NCBI GenBank assembly: GCA_964016885.1
Contig: OZ024765.1
Location: 10,726,001-10,790,000, forward strand
Length of the DNA: 64,000 bases
Reading direction: 5' to 3'
Origin: Eledone cirrhosa
Taxonomy: Eukaryota
In this document: piece by piece, positions 26,460 to 39,217 of the stretch
How the letters are laid out: every line of letters starts with the position of its first letter
Position numbering within the stretch: the first letter of the stretch is position 1
Program-made: the position numbers and the translations under genes
Notes under the pieces: generated by a model
The model's database searches: none
Seen by the model: the letters and a program-made list of their open reading frames with translations, nothing else
What the model was told of the DNA's origin: nothing

Positions 26460-27215
26460 TATCATTACCAACCCCATCACCATCACTACCGCCATCACCA
26501 CCAACACCACCACCATCACGACAGCTACCACCACCACTATCATCATCATTATCACCCTCATTACCAACACCACCACCATCACCTCCATCATTACCAACAC
26601 CGCCACCACCTCCATCACCACCACCACCACCATCACCACCATCACCACCTCCATCACCACCACCAACACCCTCACCACCAACATCACCCCCATCACCTCC
26701 AACACCCCCCCTCCATCACCTCCATCACCCCCCCCCCCCCCCATCACCGCCACCATCACCCTCACCACCAACATCACCACCATCACCTCCATCACCCCCC
26801 CATCACCGCCACCATCACCCTCACCACCAACATCACCACCTCCATCCCCCCCACTCTCACCACCACCACCACCACCAGTCCAGGAGTAGTAGTAGTAGTA
26901 GTAGTAGTCTGTTGTTACATATACAAACACAAGACAGTCTATATTTAGACAATGTTCATAAATTATTTCCAATGTAACTTCCTCCCCCTTCCATCTTTCC
27001 CTCTTCCTCCCCCCATTTCCCCTCCCCCCCTCCCCCTTCCTCCCATTCCCCTTCCCCCATTCCCTCATCCTCATCCTCCCCCTTTCCTCCTCTTCATCCT
27101 CCCTCCTCCCCCTCTTTACCCTCTTCATACTCCCCCCTCCACCTTTCCCTTCTACCCCCCCTCCTCTTCATCATCTCTCATTTATCTCTCTTCCTCTCTC
27201 ATCTCTTTATTTACC
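26460..27215. repeat. (CAC/CAT)n and C/T-rich low-complexity sequence
   Basis: Simple repeats are directly visible. Confidence 0.9.
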
Positions 27216-27252
27216 CTTTGATGCTCAGTTTCTAGGAAACAAAACCGCCTGC

Positions 27253-27870
27253 TTTTACAGGGTTCCTATTTGACTCTTTTAATATCAACTTGTTCAAAAC
27301 TCCCTATTTTTACAGGGTTCCTATTTGACTCTTTTAATACCAACTTGTTCAAAACTCCCTATTTTTACAGGGTTCCTATTTGACTCTTTTAATACCAACT
27401 TGTTCAAAACTCCCTATTTTTACAGGGTTCCTATTTGACTCTTTTAATACCAACTTGTTCAAAACTCCCTATTTTTACAGGGTTCCTATTTGACTCTTTT
27501 AATATCAACTTGTTCAAAACTCCCTATTTTTACAAGGTTCCTATTTGACCCTTTTAATACCAACTTGTTCAAAACTCCCTATTTTTACAGGGTTCCTATT
27601 TGACCCTTTTAATACCAACTTGTTCAAAACTCCCTATTTTTACAGGGTTCCTTTATGACCCTTTTGATACCAACCCTGCCAAAACCACCTATTTTTACAG
27701 GGTTCCTATTTAACCCTTATGACACCAACCTGGTCAAATCTGCCCCTGGTTTTATGAAACAAAACCTCTTGTTTTAAAGGGTTCCTATTTAATTCTTATG
27801 ATATGAACCCAGCCAAAATTGCCTCCAATTCTCCAGAATAAAACCCCTCATTTCAAAGGGTTCCTATTTA
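27253..27870 (+). repeat. 55-bp tandem repeat (~8 clean copies, then degenerate)
   Basis: gggttcctatttgac recurs at 27260, 27315 and 27370 onward. Confidence 0.9.
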
Positions 27871-27989
27871 CTGTATATACTCGAATATAAGCCGACCTCC
27901 TATTTTATGTCTGAGAAAAGGCAAAAATCCAAACCTGTTTATAAGTTGAGGTAACTAATCAACATATTGTTTAGGAGTAATTTTGAAAT

Positions 27990-28172
27990 TTTCATGAATA
28001 AAGGCTTTGTCTTCTATAATTATCTTACATAACATTGAATCTATGAGATTTTGATATTATTTATTTTCAGAACAATACTTTAACATCAGTATGAGTGTTT
28101 AGTTAGGGCTGGTTTGAACAGAAAGAGGTGAGAGAATTCTGGCCGGTTACAGCCGGTTTGAATGCTAAAGGG
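27990..28172 (+). mobile_element. piggyBac-type MITE, left end degraded
   Basis: Body matches the 21149 family and ends AATGCTAAAGGG|ttaa. Confidence 0.75.
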
Positions 28173-28510
28173 TTAAGTGTTGTTTAGAATATAGTTTTTG
28201 TTTCACAACTCCATTACGTAATGAGTATCCATTGTTAAACTTTAACAAGTTTCTTGAATTTTTGTTTATTTCTGGCTAGGAGTAGATGAAAGCAAGATAT
28301 TGAATAAGGGAACTTTGTATAGGGATTCATAGAGTAGAAGAGGGAGGGAGGGACAGCAAGTGAGAGAGGGGAGAGGCAGAATGAGAGACAGAAAGGACAC
28401 GAGCGATAAGGGAAAGAGAGCAAGTGAGAGTGAGGAGAGACAGCAAGAAAAAGAGAGGGCAGGAGCTATGAGGGAGAGAGAGCAAAGGCAATAAAATTAA
28501 ATCCGAAGTA

Positions 28511-28683
28511 CCGTATTTCCCAGTGGCGAAGACGCTACTTTTTTCCTAAAATAAGTCTCAAAAATCTACCATGCGTCCTGGAGGCCAAAGGTTGTTTATT
28601 ATTTTTTTTATTTTAAAATTTTTGGTTGTCAAAATTAGGGTGTGTCCTCGAGAAGGAAGCGTCTTCAGTGCTGGGAAATACAG
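28511..28683. mobile_element. Tc1/mariner-type MITE with TA target duplication
   Basis: ta|CCGTATTTCCCAG ... CTGGGAAATACAG|ta. A second copy lies at 38768-38933. Confidence 0.82.
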
Positions 28684-29217
28684 TAAGATTGAAAGAAAAA
28701 ATATTGTCTGTGAAAAATATGTATGTATGAATGTGTGTGTGAATGTGTGTTTGAATGTACGTGTGTGTCTATACGTCTGAATGTGTGTGCATGGGATACT
28801 TTTATATATTATAAAGTTCAAATCATAAAAATTTGTTGGAAATATTTTCAAATAAATGCATAAATAACGTCTATGATGATGTAGTGAATATACAAATTTT
28901 AAAAGAAAGAGGTGAGAGAATTCTGGCCAGATATAGCTGGTTTAAATGCTAAAATTAAAATTTAATGAACTTTAAAATTAATCCATTTTCTGATTCTTTC
29001 TTTCTCATCATGTCCACAAGAGTGTCAGTTACAAAGCTTGGCTAGGTGTGGTTCATCCACAGCTGAACATTTTGCTGTCCTTTCTCATTAAACTCTGCCA
29101 AGTCCAATGCTGTGCTGGAGTGTTCCAGTAAAGCCACTATATATATACAACATTATATAATATACCACACTATATACACCACACTAACCAACAGACATAT
29201 AAGACACCACTATATAT

Positions 29218-29557
29218 CATCATCATCATCATTTCATTTTACGTCCACTTTTCCCTGCTTGCAAGGGTGGGACGGGAACTGATGCTGGCTTGATTGCTAC
29301 AGCTGGATGCCCTTCCTAACACCAACCTCATTTACAGTGAGTGCTGGGTGCTTTTTTGCCGTGGCACCTCCACGACCACTTTGCAGTGGAATGATAGGGA
29401 CCCCAGTCCCTATCATCTCATTTCTACAGCTGAGTAAACTGGAGCAATGTGAAATAAAGTATCTTGCTCAAGGAAACAACACATCACCCAGTCTGAGAAT
29501 TGAACTCACAACCTTTCGATTGCAAGGCCAATGCTCGAACCACTAAGCCATGTGCCT

Positions 29558-29560
<3 letters not shown>
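29218..29560 (-). mobile_element. tRNA-derived SINE family 2 (CORE-like domain, RTE-like tail)
   Basis: Minus strand reads tggaggcacaTGGCTTAGTGG (A box)...GAGTTCAATTC (B box)...ccttgagcaaga.actttatttcacattgctccagtttactcagctgtagaaatg (CORE-like)...(GAT)n. Confidence 0.85.
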
Positions 29561-29592
<32 letters not shown>

Positions 29593-29728
29593 ACATTATA
29601 TATACACTATATATATACAAGAATAAATGAGTTGTGTCCACAAGAGTGTCAGTTACAAAGTTTGAGCTAGATGAGGTTTCACACGACAATTATTATTGTT
29701 TCCTTAAACTTTTGTTTTCTAATTTCAG

Positions 29729-29804
29729 CGTTTCACACAATACTTGGCTTCGAACAACTGCTCATTCAACCTGAACAGTTTCTTGGATAAAAGTGGGGTG
29801 CAAG
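29729..29804 (+). CDS. PICALM: PICALM/AP180 ANTH-domain exon (RFTQYLASNNCSFNLNSFLDKSGVQ-G), 76 nt, phase 0 to 1
   Basis: Acceptor tttgttttctaatttcag and donor CAAG|gtaaat. Translation matches the PICALM/AP180 motif RFxQYLASxNxxFNLxxFLDKSGxQG. Confidence 0.95.
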
Positions 29805-29844
29805 GTAAATATATTATTATTATTGTATTATTGGCAGTATTGGC

Positions 29845-30912
29845 AGGGCGGTGGATAGGCAGTATCGGTAGAGCATCAGACACCATGCTTTGCAGCATGG
29901 AGTTATGGCCTTTTAATAAGTTCTGAGTTCAAATCCCACCGAGGTTAACTTTGGCTTTCAATCTTACGGGGGTTGATAAAATAAAATACCAGTAATGTTC
30001 TGGGGTAATTTCTGGCCTTGTGCCAAAAGTAGAAACAATTATATTATGGGGTTGATAAAATAAAGTAGCAGTAATACACTGGGGTAATTGTTAGCCTTGT
30101 GCCAAAAGTAGAAACAATTATATTATGGGGTTGATAAAATAAAGTACCAGTAATGCTCTGGGGTAATTGCTGGCCTTGTGCCAAAAGTAGAAACAATTAT
30201 ATTATGGGGTTGATAAAATAAAGTAGCAGTAATACACTGGGGTAATTGTTGGCCTTGTGCCCAAAGTAGAAACAATTATATTAAGGGGTTGATAAAATAA
30301 AGTAGCAGTAATACACTGGGGTAATTGTTGGCCTTGTGCCCAAAGTAGAAACAATTATATTAAGGGGTTGATAAAATAAAGTAGCAGTAATACACTGGGG
30401 TAATTGCTGGCCTTGTGCCAAAAGTAGAAACAATTATATTAAGGGGTTGATAAAATAAAGTAGCAGTAATACACTGGGGTAATTGTTGACCTTGTGCCAA
30501 AAGTAGAAACAATTATATTATGGGGTTGATAAAATAAAGTAGCAGTAATACACTGGGGTAATTGTTAGCCTTGTGCCAAAAGTAGAAACAATTATATTAT
30601 GGGGTTGATAAAATAAAGTACCAGTAATGCTCTGGGGTAATTGCTGGCCTTGTGCCAAAAGTAGAAACAATTATATTATGGGGTTGATAAAATAAAGTAG
30701 CAGTAATACACTGGGGTAATTGCTGACCTTGTGCCAAAAGTAGAAACAATTATATTATGGGGTTGATAAAATAAAGTACCAGTAATGCTCTGGGGGTAAT
30801 TTCTGGGTTTGTGCCAAAAGTAGAAACAATTATATTATGGGGTAGATAAAATAAAATACCAGTAATGCACTGGGGTAATTGCTGACCTTGTGCCAAAAGT
30901 AGAAACAATTAT
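29845..30912 (+). repeat. SINE family 1 copy whose 3' 79 bp is tandemly amplified (~12 copies)
   Basis: ggggttgataaaataaagtagcagtaatacactggggtaattg..ggccttgtgccaaaagtagaaacaattatattat has a 79-bp period (30048, 30127...). Confidence 0.9.
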
Positions 30913-31720
30913 TGGTGTGTTATTTTGTTTAGCTCAGTTCTGTTTCTTTATTGCCCGGACGCTAAGGTTCAGGTCGGATGATTTGGGCATTAATCCTAAT
31001 GCTCCTTTTTCCACAGGGATAGTGTTTGTTTTCATCCTCCATATGCCCTTGATCTCTATTTCCAGGTCTTTGTACTTTGACAGTTTTTCCATTGTTTTTA
31101 CAGATGTATTATTATTATTATTATGGTGGATTGGCAGTATCGGTAGAGAGTCGGACGCCATGCTTTCCGGCGTAGTTACGTCCCTTTACGGTCTGAGTTC
31201 AAATCCCGCCGAGGTTGACTTTACCTTTCATCCTTACGGGGTCGATAAAATAAAGTACCAGTAATGCACTGGGTAATTGCTGGCCTCGTGCCAAAAGTAG
31301 AAACAATTATTATTATTATTTCCATTATTATTTTTATTGCACATCATTACTGCTTTACTGAGCACAGCTCTGTGCACCTTGGGACCTTGGGTATGAGCAG
31401 TGCAGTTTTTGCTGATGTTCTTTCTATTGTAGTGATAGTACTTTTCGTAATATGTGTGCAGTGCCTAGTAGTGCTATTTTTTTTATATGCTTTATATATT
31501 TGTATGTTCTGAGCTTTTGGCTATGTATTTGTCTGTGTGTTTTTTTTTTATTGTTCCTAGAATACCTATTATTAGAGGTATTGTTTCAGTTTTTATTTTC
31601 CACATTCGACTTATATTCCATCTCTAGATCTTTATATTTGGAGAGTTTCGTCATTTCTTTGGAAGGTATATCGTCATCTGTGGGGATTAATACATTTATT
31701 ACAAGGCATTTGTTTCCTTT
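30913..31720 (-). mobile_element. Several short fragments of RLE-type (R4/Dong-like) non-LTR elements interleaved with a SINE and (ATT)n
   Basis: EKLSKYKDLEIEIKGIWRMKTNTIPVEKGALGLM on the minus strand at ~30990-31095. A similar KYKDL segment occurs near 31610-31700. Confidence 0.7.
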
Positions 31721-31789
31721 TTTTCTCTATCATCATTATTATTATTATATTATTGTTCTTTGTGTCACAGTCATTGATGTTATTTAACT

Positions 31790-32288
31790 GGAAAGTTTGT
31801 TGAATGAATATCAAGCCGCTACCTGCAGCCTCAGATATTCCGGATGTATCGGAGGGTTCTTGCTGTTCCCAGCAAGCATGCCTTTTGAAGTGTTCCAAAA
31901 AGCGGGGCTGGACTAATCTTCTTTAACCATCCTTGGAAACTCTTTGAGATAGTACCTAGTGCTCCTATGACAATCGGGACGACCTTGATTTCATGGCAGT
32001 TCCAAATCCTTTTTAACTCCCACTTTAAGTCCTGGTATCGGTTAATTTTCTCCCTCTCCTTTTCTTGCAATCTCGTGTCAAAGGGGCAGGCTACATCTAC
32101 AATCAGGCATGATCTTTTTTCCTTGTCCAAAACCACCAGGTCAGGCCTATTGTGTTCTAATTTCTTGTCTGTCTGTATCCTGAAATCCCATAGCACCTTC
32201 ACCTGATCGTTTTCTATCCCTGACTCTGGCTTATGCTCATACCACTTCTCAGAATGTGGTAAATTGCTTACTTTGCATAGGTGCCAGT
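31790..32288 (-). mobile_element. RLE-type (R4/Dong-like) non-LTR retrotransposon 3' fragment, restriction-like endonuclease domain
   Basis: VLWDFRIQTDKKLEHNRPDLVVLDK...IVDVACPFD...EKINRYQDL...VPIVIGALG...LQKACLLGTARTLR: the PD..D nuclease and K..Y..L motifs. Confidence 0.88.
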
Positions 32289-32705
32289 ATTGGCAGTATC
32301 GGTAGAGGGTCGGACGCCATGCTTTCCAGCAAAGAGTTACGTCCCTTTACGATCTGAGTTCAAATCCCGCCGAGGTTAACTTTGCCTTTCATCCTTACGG
32401 GGTCGATAAAATAAAGTACCAGTAATGCACTGGGTAATTGCTGGCCTTGTGCCTAAAGTAGAAACAATTATTATTATTAAAAGGGCAGTGGATTGGCAGT
32501 AGCGGTAGAATGCCAGACAACATGCATTGTGGCATATAGTTACGGTTCTTTAAATTCTGAGTTCAAATCCCTACAAGGTTAGCTTTGCTTTTCATCCTTA
32601 CAGGGTTGATAAAATAAAGTACCAGTAATACACCAGGGTCGGTTTAATCGACTTTCTCCTCTCTCAAAATTGTCGGCCTTGTACCTATAGTAGAAACCAT
32701 TATCA
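32289..32705 (+). mobile_element. Two tandem SINE family 1 copies
   Basis: A/B-box-like head, gcctttcatccttacggggtcgataaaataaagtaccag body and (ATT)n tail, present twice. Confidence 0.85.
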
Positions 32706-33164
32706 TTATCTCATTAGCTAGAATAAGAACAAGGTACGGAATTTCATGTTGATTCTACCTGTGTATGCAAAGGGTAGATTGTATGATGCTGGCGTGCAAA
32801 GTGCAATATTGCATTGTAATGAGATATGGACAGTGAATGCAGATGATATGCGATGGCTGAAGAGAAATGAAGTGAACATGTCTTTAAGTTCATTTCCTGT
32901 TGCTCCTGTTTACTTAGCTGGAAAAAAAAAAACAGCAATAAAAAATGAGCATCATCATCATCAGCATATGGGGAGTTAATACTCCAATGTACTGGCATCC
33001 TATCCAGGGGAAGAGAAGTCTTGTACTTTCAGTCACTTACTGGCACATGAAACTGGGAGAAGCTCCAGTCTGATAGCCTGTAGACTTAAGAAAGTCTTTA
33101 ACTCTTAATATCTTGTATTGATTTAGCAGAGAATATTAAAAAAATAGGTTTGTTAATTCAAACG

Positions 33165-33760
33165 TTTATAGTATCTTTACTAGTGGACAGATTGTTGTGA
33201 AAATTTACAGTATTAGAGTAAAGGCTTTAATATTTAATGTGATGTAGTCATAGTGTTGTTTTATACTAAATATTTATAGTATCTTTACTAGTGGACAGAT
33301 TGTTGTGAAAATTTACAGTATTAGAGTAAAGACTTTAATATTTAATGTGATGTAGTCATAGTGTTGTTTTATACTAAATATTTATAGTACCTTTACTATT
33401 GGACAGATTGTGAAAATTTATTGTATTACAGTAAAGACTTTGATTATTAATGTGATGCTGTCATAGTGTTGTTTTATACTAAATATTTATAAATCTTTAC
33501 TGGTGGACAGATTATTGTGAAAATTTGCAATATTAAATAAAAACTCTAATATTCAATGTGATGCAGTCATAGTGTTGTTTTGTACTTTCTAAGAATGTCT
33601 TGTTAATGTGGTTTTACATAGTACATGATGATAATAGTGGACAGATCGTTGTGAACATTTTCAATATTACATTAGGGTCTTTAATTTTGAATGTAATTCA
33701 GACATAGTGCTGTTTTGTACTTTTCACGAATGTCTTCTTGCTAATGCGGTTTCATGTGGT
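33165..33760 (+). repeat. Degenerate ~108-bp tandem repeat
   Basis: tagtggacagattgttgtgaaaattt recurs at 33181 and 33289, with further decaying copies. Confidence 0.82.
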
Positions 33761-33879
33761 ACAGGATGCTAGGAGTTAAAGCTGAACAAATTTCAAGAGG
33801 ACATTTAATAGGAGTGAGGGAAAGGTTTTTTTTTTTCTTTTTTCAGTTTCTTTTCACAGCAATTCATTTTAAATTTCAG

Positions 33880-33933
33880 CTTTACAGCAAAATCTAACCG
33901 GCAACCCCGATTTTTATGCCCTCATCAGACAAG
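33880..33933 (+). CDS. PICALM: Candidate alternative cassette exon A of PICALM/AP180 (A-LQQNLTGNPDFYALIRQ-G), 54 nt, phase 1-1
   Basis: Long polypyrimidine tract then aaatttcag|; donor CAAG|gtaacc. Length is divisible by 3 and has no stop in the frame set by the phase-1 intron. Protein-level homology to 49482-49532. Confidence 0.7.
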
Positions 33934-34136
33934 GTAACCCTTGCAGTGCACTGCTTAGAGCAATGTTTATAGCATTGCAGAACTGTCCTAGTTTGTAGAT
34001 CTTTGGATGCAAACCAGCATTTGCACTTTTATATTGCAGCCCTCAATCACAAAATCCTTAGGGGGTGGGAAAAGTATCAAGAAAGGTTTTTTTTAAAAAA
34101 CTGTATTGGTAGAGTTTGTGAAGGCACATGGCTTAA

Positions 34137-34334
34137 CCCTTAAGCATTTCCACTACTCTATATTTACTATTATATTTTTGTGGTAAAGGCTTTACCTCAC
34201 ATAATATCGAATCTATGAGATTTTGATGTTATTTATTTTGAGTACAATACCTTAACATCAGTATGATTGGCCAGTTTGAAGAGAAAGACGTGAGAGAATT
34301 CTGGCCGGATACGGCCAGTTTAAATGCTAATGGT
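34137..34334 (+). mobile_element. piggyBac-type MITE inserted into the head of a SINE family 2 copy
   Basis: aaggcacatggc-TTAA|CCCTTAAGCATTT ... AAATGCTAATGGT|TTAA-tggctaaag. Removing the insert restores a SINE A-box-like sequence. Confidence 0.8.
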
Positions 34335-34459
34335 TTAATGGCTAAAGTCTAAAGTGCCTGATTCTCGGGTACATGTTGTGCCCTTGAGCAAGACATTTTA
34401 TTTCACGTTTCCCCAGTTGACTCAGCTAGCAAAAATAGGATCATTAGCAAATGTTGGAA

Positions 34460-35275
34460 TGGTTATCTTTGCCTTTCTTCCTTATGGAGTCGATAAAATA
34501 AAGTACCAGTAACACACTGGGGTTGATTTAATCAACTCCCCCCCCCTCTCTCTTAAAATAGATGGCCTTCTACCTAAATCAGAAAGCATTACTATTTGCT
34601 GCAATAGTTATGTCCCTTTACATTCTGAGCTCAAATCCCACCAAGGTTAGCTTTGCCTTCCTTCCTTAAGGGGTCGATAAAATAGAGTACCAGTAACACA
34701 CTGGGGTTGATTTAATTGACTTTCCCCTCCCACAAAATTGCTGGCCTTGTGCCTAAATCAGAAACCATTATTATTTGCATAGAGTTGCATCCCTTTACAT
34801 TCTGAGCTCATCCTGCCGAAGTTAGCTTTGCTTTTCACCTTATAGGGTCGATAAAATAAAGTACCAGTAATGCATTGGGGTTGATTTAATTGACTTTCTC
34901 CTCCACTAAAATTGTTGGCCTGGTGCCTAACTCAGACACCGTTATTATTAGCATAGAGTTGCGGCCCTGAGCTCATCCTGCCGAGGTTAGCTTTGCTTTT
35001 CTACCTTACGGGGTCGATAAAATAAAGTACCAGTAATGCATTGGGGTTGATTTAATTGACTTTCTCCTCCACTAAAATTGTTGGCCTGGTGCCTAACTCA
35101 GACACCGTTATTACTAGCATAGAGTTGCGGCCCTGAGCTCATCCTGCCGAGGTTAGCTTTGCTTTTCTTCCTTACGGGGTCGATAAAATAAAGTACCAGT
35201 AATACACTGGCGTCGATTTAGTCGACTTTCTCCCAAAATTGTTGGCCTTGTGTCTAAATCAGAAACCATTATCAT
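34460..35275 (+). repeat. Tandem run of SINE family 1 bodies (~170-180-bp period)
   Basis: gtcgataaaata.agtaccagtaa occurs five times. Confidence 0.85.
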
Positions 35276-35552
35276 CAGCAAGAATCCCCCTCCCTACTCA
35301 AAGGATGAAGGAATCCAGGAGAGAGTGGCCCTTGTCTATGGTACCCTTGGTAAACCGTGGGGGTGGGGGATAATTATCTGAGTGGTGTTCATCCCTATTA
35401 ATTTCAGGAGTAGACTGTCTCCCTGTCCCCCCATTGTATTGACCTACCACCACCGTCACCCATTAGTATCCTGTCCCCTACCATTGACATCTCTCACCCC
35501 CTACCATCATATTAGGTTACTTAAATGTTTTAATTGATTTTCTAGGGAAGAT

Positions 35553-36510
35553 ACTCTCTCTTTCCTCTCTCCCCTTCTCTTCCCCCTCCCTCATATCTTC
35601 CTCTCTATCTCTCACTCTGTCTCTCTCACTCTGTCTTTCCCCCTCTCCTCCCCCTCTTTCTTTCCCCCTCTCCTCCCCCTCTTTCATATCTTCCTCTCTA
35701 TCTCTCCCTCTCCCTCTCTCTTCCAATCTTCCTCCTCTCTCACTCTGTCTCTCCCTCTCTCTCTTCCAATCTTCCCCCTCTCTCACTCTCCCTCCCTCTC
35801 TCCCCTCTCTCTCACTCTCCCTCCCTCCCTCTCTCTCTCTCTTCCAATCTTCCTCTCTATCTCTCACTCTGCCTATCCCCCTCTCTTCCCCCTCTCTTTT
35901 CCCCTCTCTTTCCCCCTCTCCCTCTCTCTTTCCCCCTCTCCCTCTCTCTTTCCCCCTCTCTTCCCCCTCTCTCATATCTTCCTCTCTATCTCTCACTCTG
36001 TCTCCCCCTCCTCTCTTTCTCCTCTCTCATATCTTTCTCTCTGTTCCTCTCTCTCTGTCTGTCTCTCTCTCTCTCATAAATTGTTCATACTAATCACTAA
36101 CACTAATGAGCAATATACACAGTGCACATACATGTATACACACTGTAATACACATGCAATACACAGATACAACACACCACCATTCAATCAACACCACCCC
36201 CACCACCACACAAAACTAACACCACATCACCACCACCACCTCCACCACCACCTCCACCAGTAACACCAGACCACCACCACCACCACCTCCACCACCAGTA
36301 ACACAAAACTAACACCAAACTAACACCACACCATCTCCACCACATCACCACCTCCACCACCAGTAACATAAAACTAACACCAGACCACCGCAGCACCACC
36401 AGTAACACAACCCCCCCCCACCACCACCACCAGCAACACAAAACTACCCCCCCCCCCCCACCACCACCACCAGTAACACAAAACCATCACCACCACCTTC
36501 ACCACCTCAC
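35553..36510. repeat. (CT)-rich and (CAC)n low-complexity tracts
   Basis: Simple repeats are directly visible. Confidence 0.9.
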
Positions 36511-36758
36511 ATATCACATGTTTTTGAGGGCAGTTTCCTTCATGTCTTTTTCTTATCATCTTGACACTGTTCCTCATCTTACACCACCCACCCCCCACTA
36601 CTTTATGACGTTAATATTTCATTAGATAAAAGAGAATTAATTACATATATAGAAACACACACACACCTGTCTGTCTGTCTATCTTTATACTATATATATA
36701 TATATATAAATAAAAATAACAGGAGGCTGGACTGGTGTAAATCCTTGAAAGGTTTATT

Positions 36759-36816
36759 ATACTATGATCATTTCAATGACCGGGTTCCATATGAATCCGG
36801 TGATATCATCAGGTAT
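36759..36816 (-). ncRNA. Degenerate minimal hammerhead ribozyme motif
   Basis: Minus strand reads atac-CTGATGA-tatcACCGG..CCGGTcatt-GAAA-T-gatc-A-TA-gtat. The base of stem II is mismatched and stem I is only 4 bp. Confidence 0.4.
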
Positions 36817-37314
36817 TCGAAATATAACAAAGGAATATGTAAAAACCATGGGTCCGAAAAATCAGAGACAGAGAGGACGACTGACCAACTAGCTGCCTTC
36901 ACCTCGGCCAGTCGCCGGTCAAGATTGACCATACGGAATGACCAATTCTATCCAGTGGTGAACCAACAAACCAAAAAAAAAAAAAAAAAAAAGATATATA
37001 TATATGTATATTCCTCCTGTTTGACCTGTGCGAAATTCCTTCCTTGCTCACATTTCAACCAGGTTTGATGGTCTTTATTCTCTCTCGTTCACGATTTCAC
37101 CGAACTTATATTCATGGAAATTTGGGACTTGACTCGTTCTTCCTCACTTTTCGTTGCTTTACCATCTTTGTTTGTTTACACTCTCGCTGTTCCCTTTATT
37201 TACATGTCCCAACGACTTTCTTTAGCCGTTGCTCGCACCAGCCAGAGGTATATGGTCTTTAAAGCGAAGAAATACCGATGATGGCTGGAAGATCACTGAT
37301 GAAGGACCACTTTA

Positions 37315-37355
<41 letters not shown>

Positions 37356-38088
37356 CATTAACAGAGAAAGCTTTAAGCAATACTCCGACCGACTCCCATC
37401 TCACTCAACAAACATTGGGATATACCTGAGTATAATCCCAATTATATGTTTGGGGTGCTAACTATATTGTATTTTGTGGATAGCCGGTTGTATTATTTTA
37501 TACGAGACATAATTAAATAAATCTCTCTTTCCATACGATCGTTTCGTTATAAGTTTCCTACAAATTGGGAAAATAATGTCCAGGTTATGTAGAAGCTTGC
37601 ATGTAGTCCATAGGTATACATACAAGTGGGCCCTTATAATTCATCAGTGGCTGCCCAGGCAATATCAATATAAAAAACCACATTGATATTAATATTCAGC
37701 GATGGTCCCCGTCAGTGCTAGAATGACTGCCAAAATTTGAAAGTCCTGTAGTCCTTCAAAAAGAAATTTCACACTGTACCCAAACGCGAAGGGCAGGTCA
37801 TCGTAAAACATAAAATAATATATACGTAGGTCATTGAGCCCTATTATGAATTCTACCCACGCGTGAAGAACTCAATTGGATATTTAAAAAAATAAATATA
37901 TGTATGTACTATATATATATATATATATATATGAATTTCGATGTTAAAATTGTATTCATACCCATTCAGGGTTCCTAATTAAACCCTTTACTTCCCTCTG
38001 AGCCTCCGAGGAGCCCAACTTGGGCATAACATGTGTAAGAGCTCCTTATAAATATATTTTTACGGTCTGCTTCTCTTTTTTCAATTTC

Positions 38089-38129
<41 letters not shown>

Positions 38130-38210
38130 TTGTGTATAATGGTAGCTATGGTGCTTCCATAGGTGGTATGCCAAAATTAGCACTCAATATTCATACAGAG
38201 CAGAGTGTGG

Positions 38211-38434
38211 ATAGTAGAAAAAAATGAAAGATCAGTGATGCATCTGGACTCAGTTTATTGCGTGTTACAATTGTTTCGAGTGAGAACTGCCCGTGTCCGA
38301 AGGAACCTGTTGCCGTAGACTCAGCCAGATCCATACAGTGATCATGTCTCGAGCTAACTGCCGGCGAAACAATTGTAACACACACAATAAACTGAGTCCA
38401 GATGCATCAGCGATTTTTCGTTTTTTTATACTAT
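38211..38434. mobile_element. MITE-like element with ~70-bp terminal inverted repeats
   Basis: tgatgcatctggactcagtttattg.gtgttacaattgtttcg versus cgaaacaattgtaacac..caataaactgagtccagatgcatca. Confidence 0.75.
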
Positions 38435-38767
38435 ATCATCATCATCGTTTAACGTCCATCTTCCACGCTAGCATGGTTCTGGACGGGAATTGTCCCACTT
38501 GAGGCAAGATTGGTTGTCTTGCTCGTATAGGACTCTCTGGCGGGTTTTCTACGGCTGGATGCCCTTCCTAACACCAACCACGTTTACAGTGTGGATATAT
38601 ATATATATATATAGTTCAAGGAAGCAACAAACAGAATTACAAAAAGTCTTATTTGTTTCATGTTTTTATTTTGAAAAAGGGAAAGAAATTTTGGCGTGCC
38701 CTTCTTCGAGCATACAAAAAAATAGAGACAGGATCAAAGGATAGATACATATATATATATATATATA

Positions 38768-38933
38768 CTGTATTTCCCAGCATCGAAGACACTACTATTT
38801 CCCTAAAATAGTTAAAAAAATCTACCATGCATCCTGGAGGCCGAAGGTTGTTCATTATTTTTTTTCAAATTTTTGGTTGTCAAAATTAAGGTGCGTCCTG
38901 GAGGACGAAGCATCTTTGGCACCGGGAAATATG
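38768..38933. mobile_element. Tc1/mariner-type MITE, second copy, within (TA)n
   Basis: ta|CTGTATTTCCCAG...CCGGGAAATATGC|ta. The body is similar to 28511-28683. Confidence 0.8.
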
Positions 38934-38991
<58 letters not shown>

Positions 38992-39137
38992 TTAGGAAGG
39001 GCATCCAGCCGTAGAAAACCTGCCAGACAGTCCTATACAAGCGAGACTTGGTCACTTGACCAATCTTGCCTCAAGTAGGACAATTCCCGCCTAAACCCAT
39101 GCTAGCGTGGAAGATAGACGTTAAACGATGATGATGA

Positions 39138-39217
<80 letters not shown>

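Noticed and set aside
1-29728. Upstream PICALM exon (expected ...WVVVFK.L...HHLM..GNE)
   Set aside because: Not found by eye in the unique stretches; presumed to lie before the window, implying an intron longer than 29.7 kb. tBLASTn would settle it.
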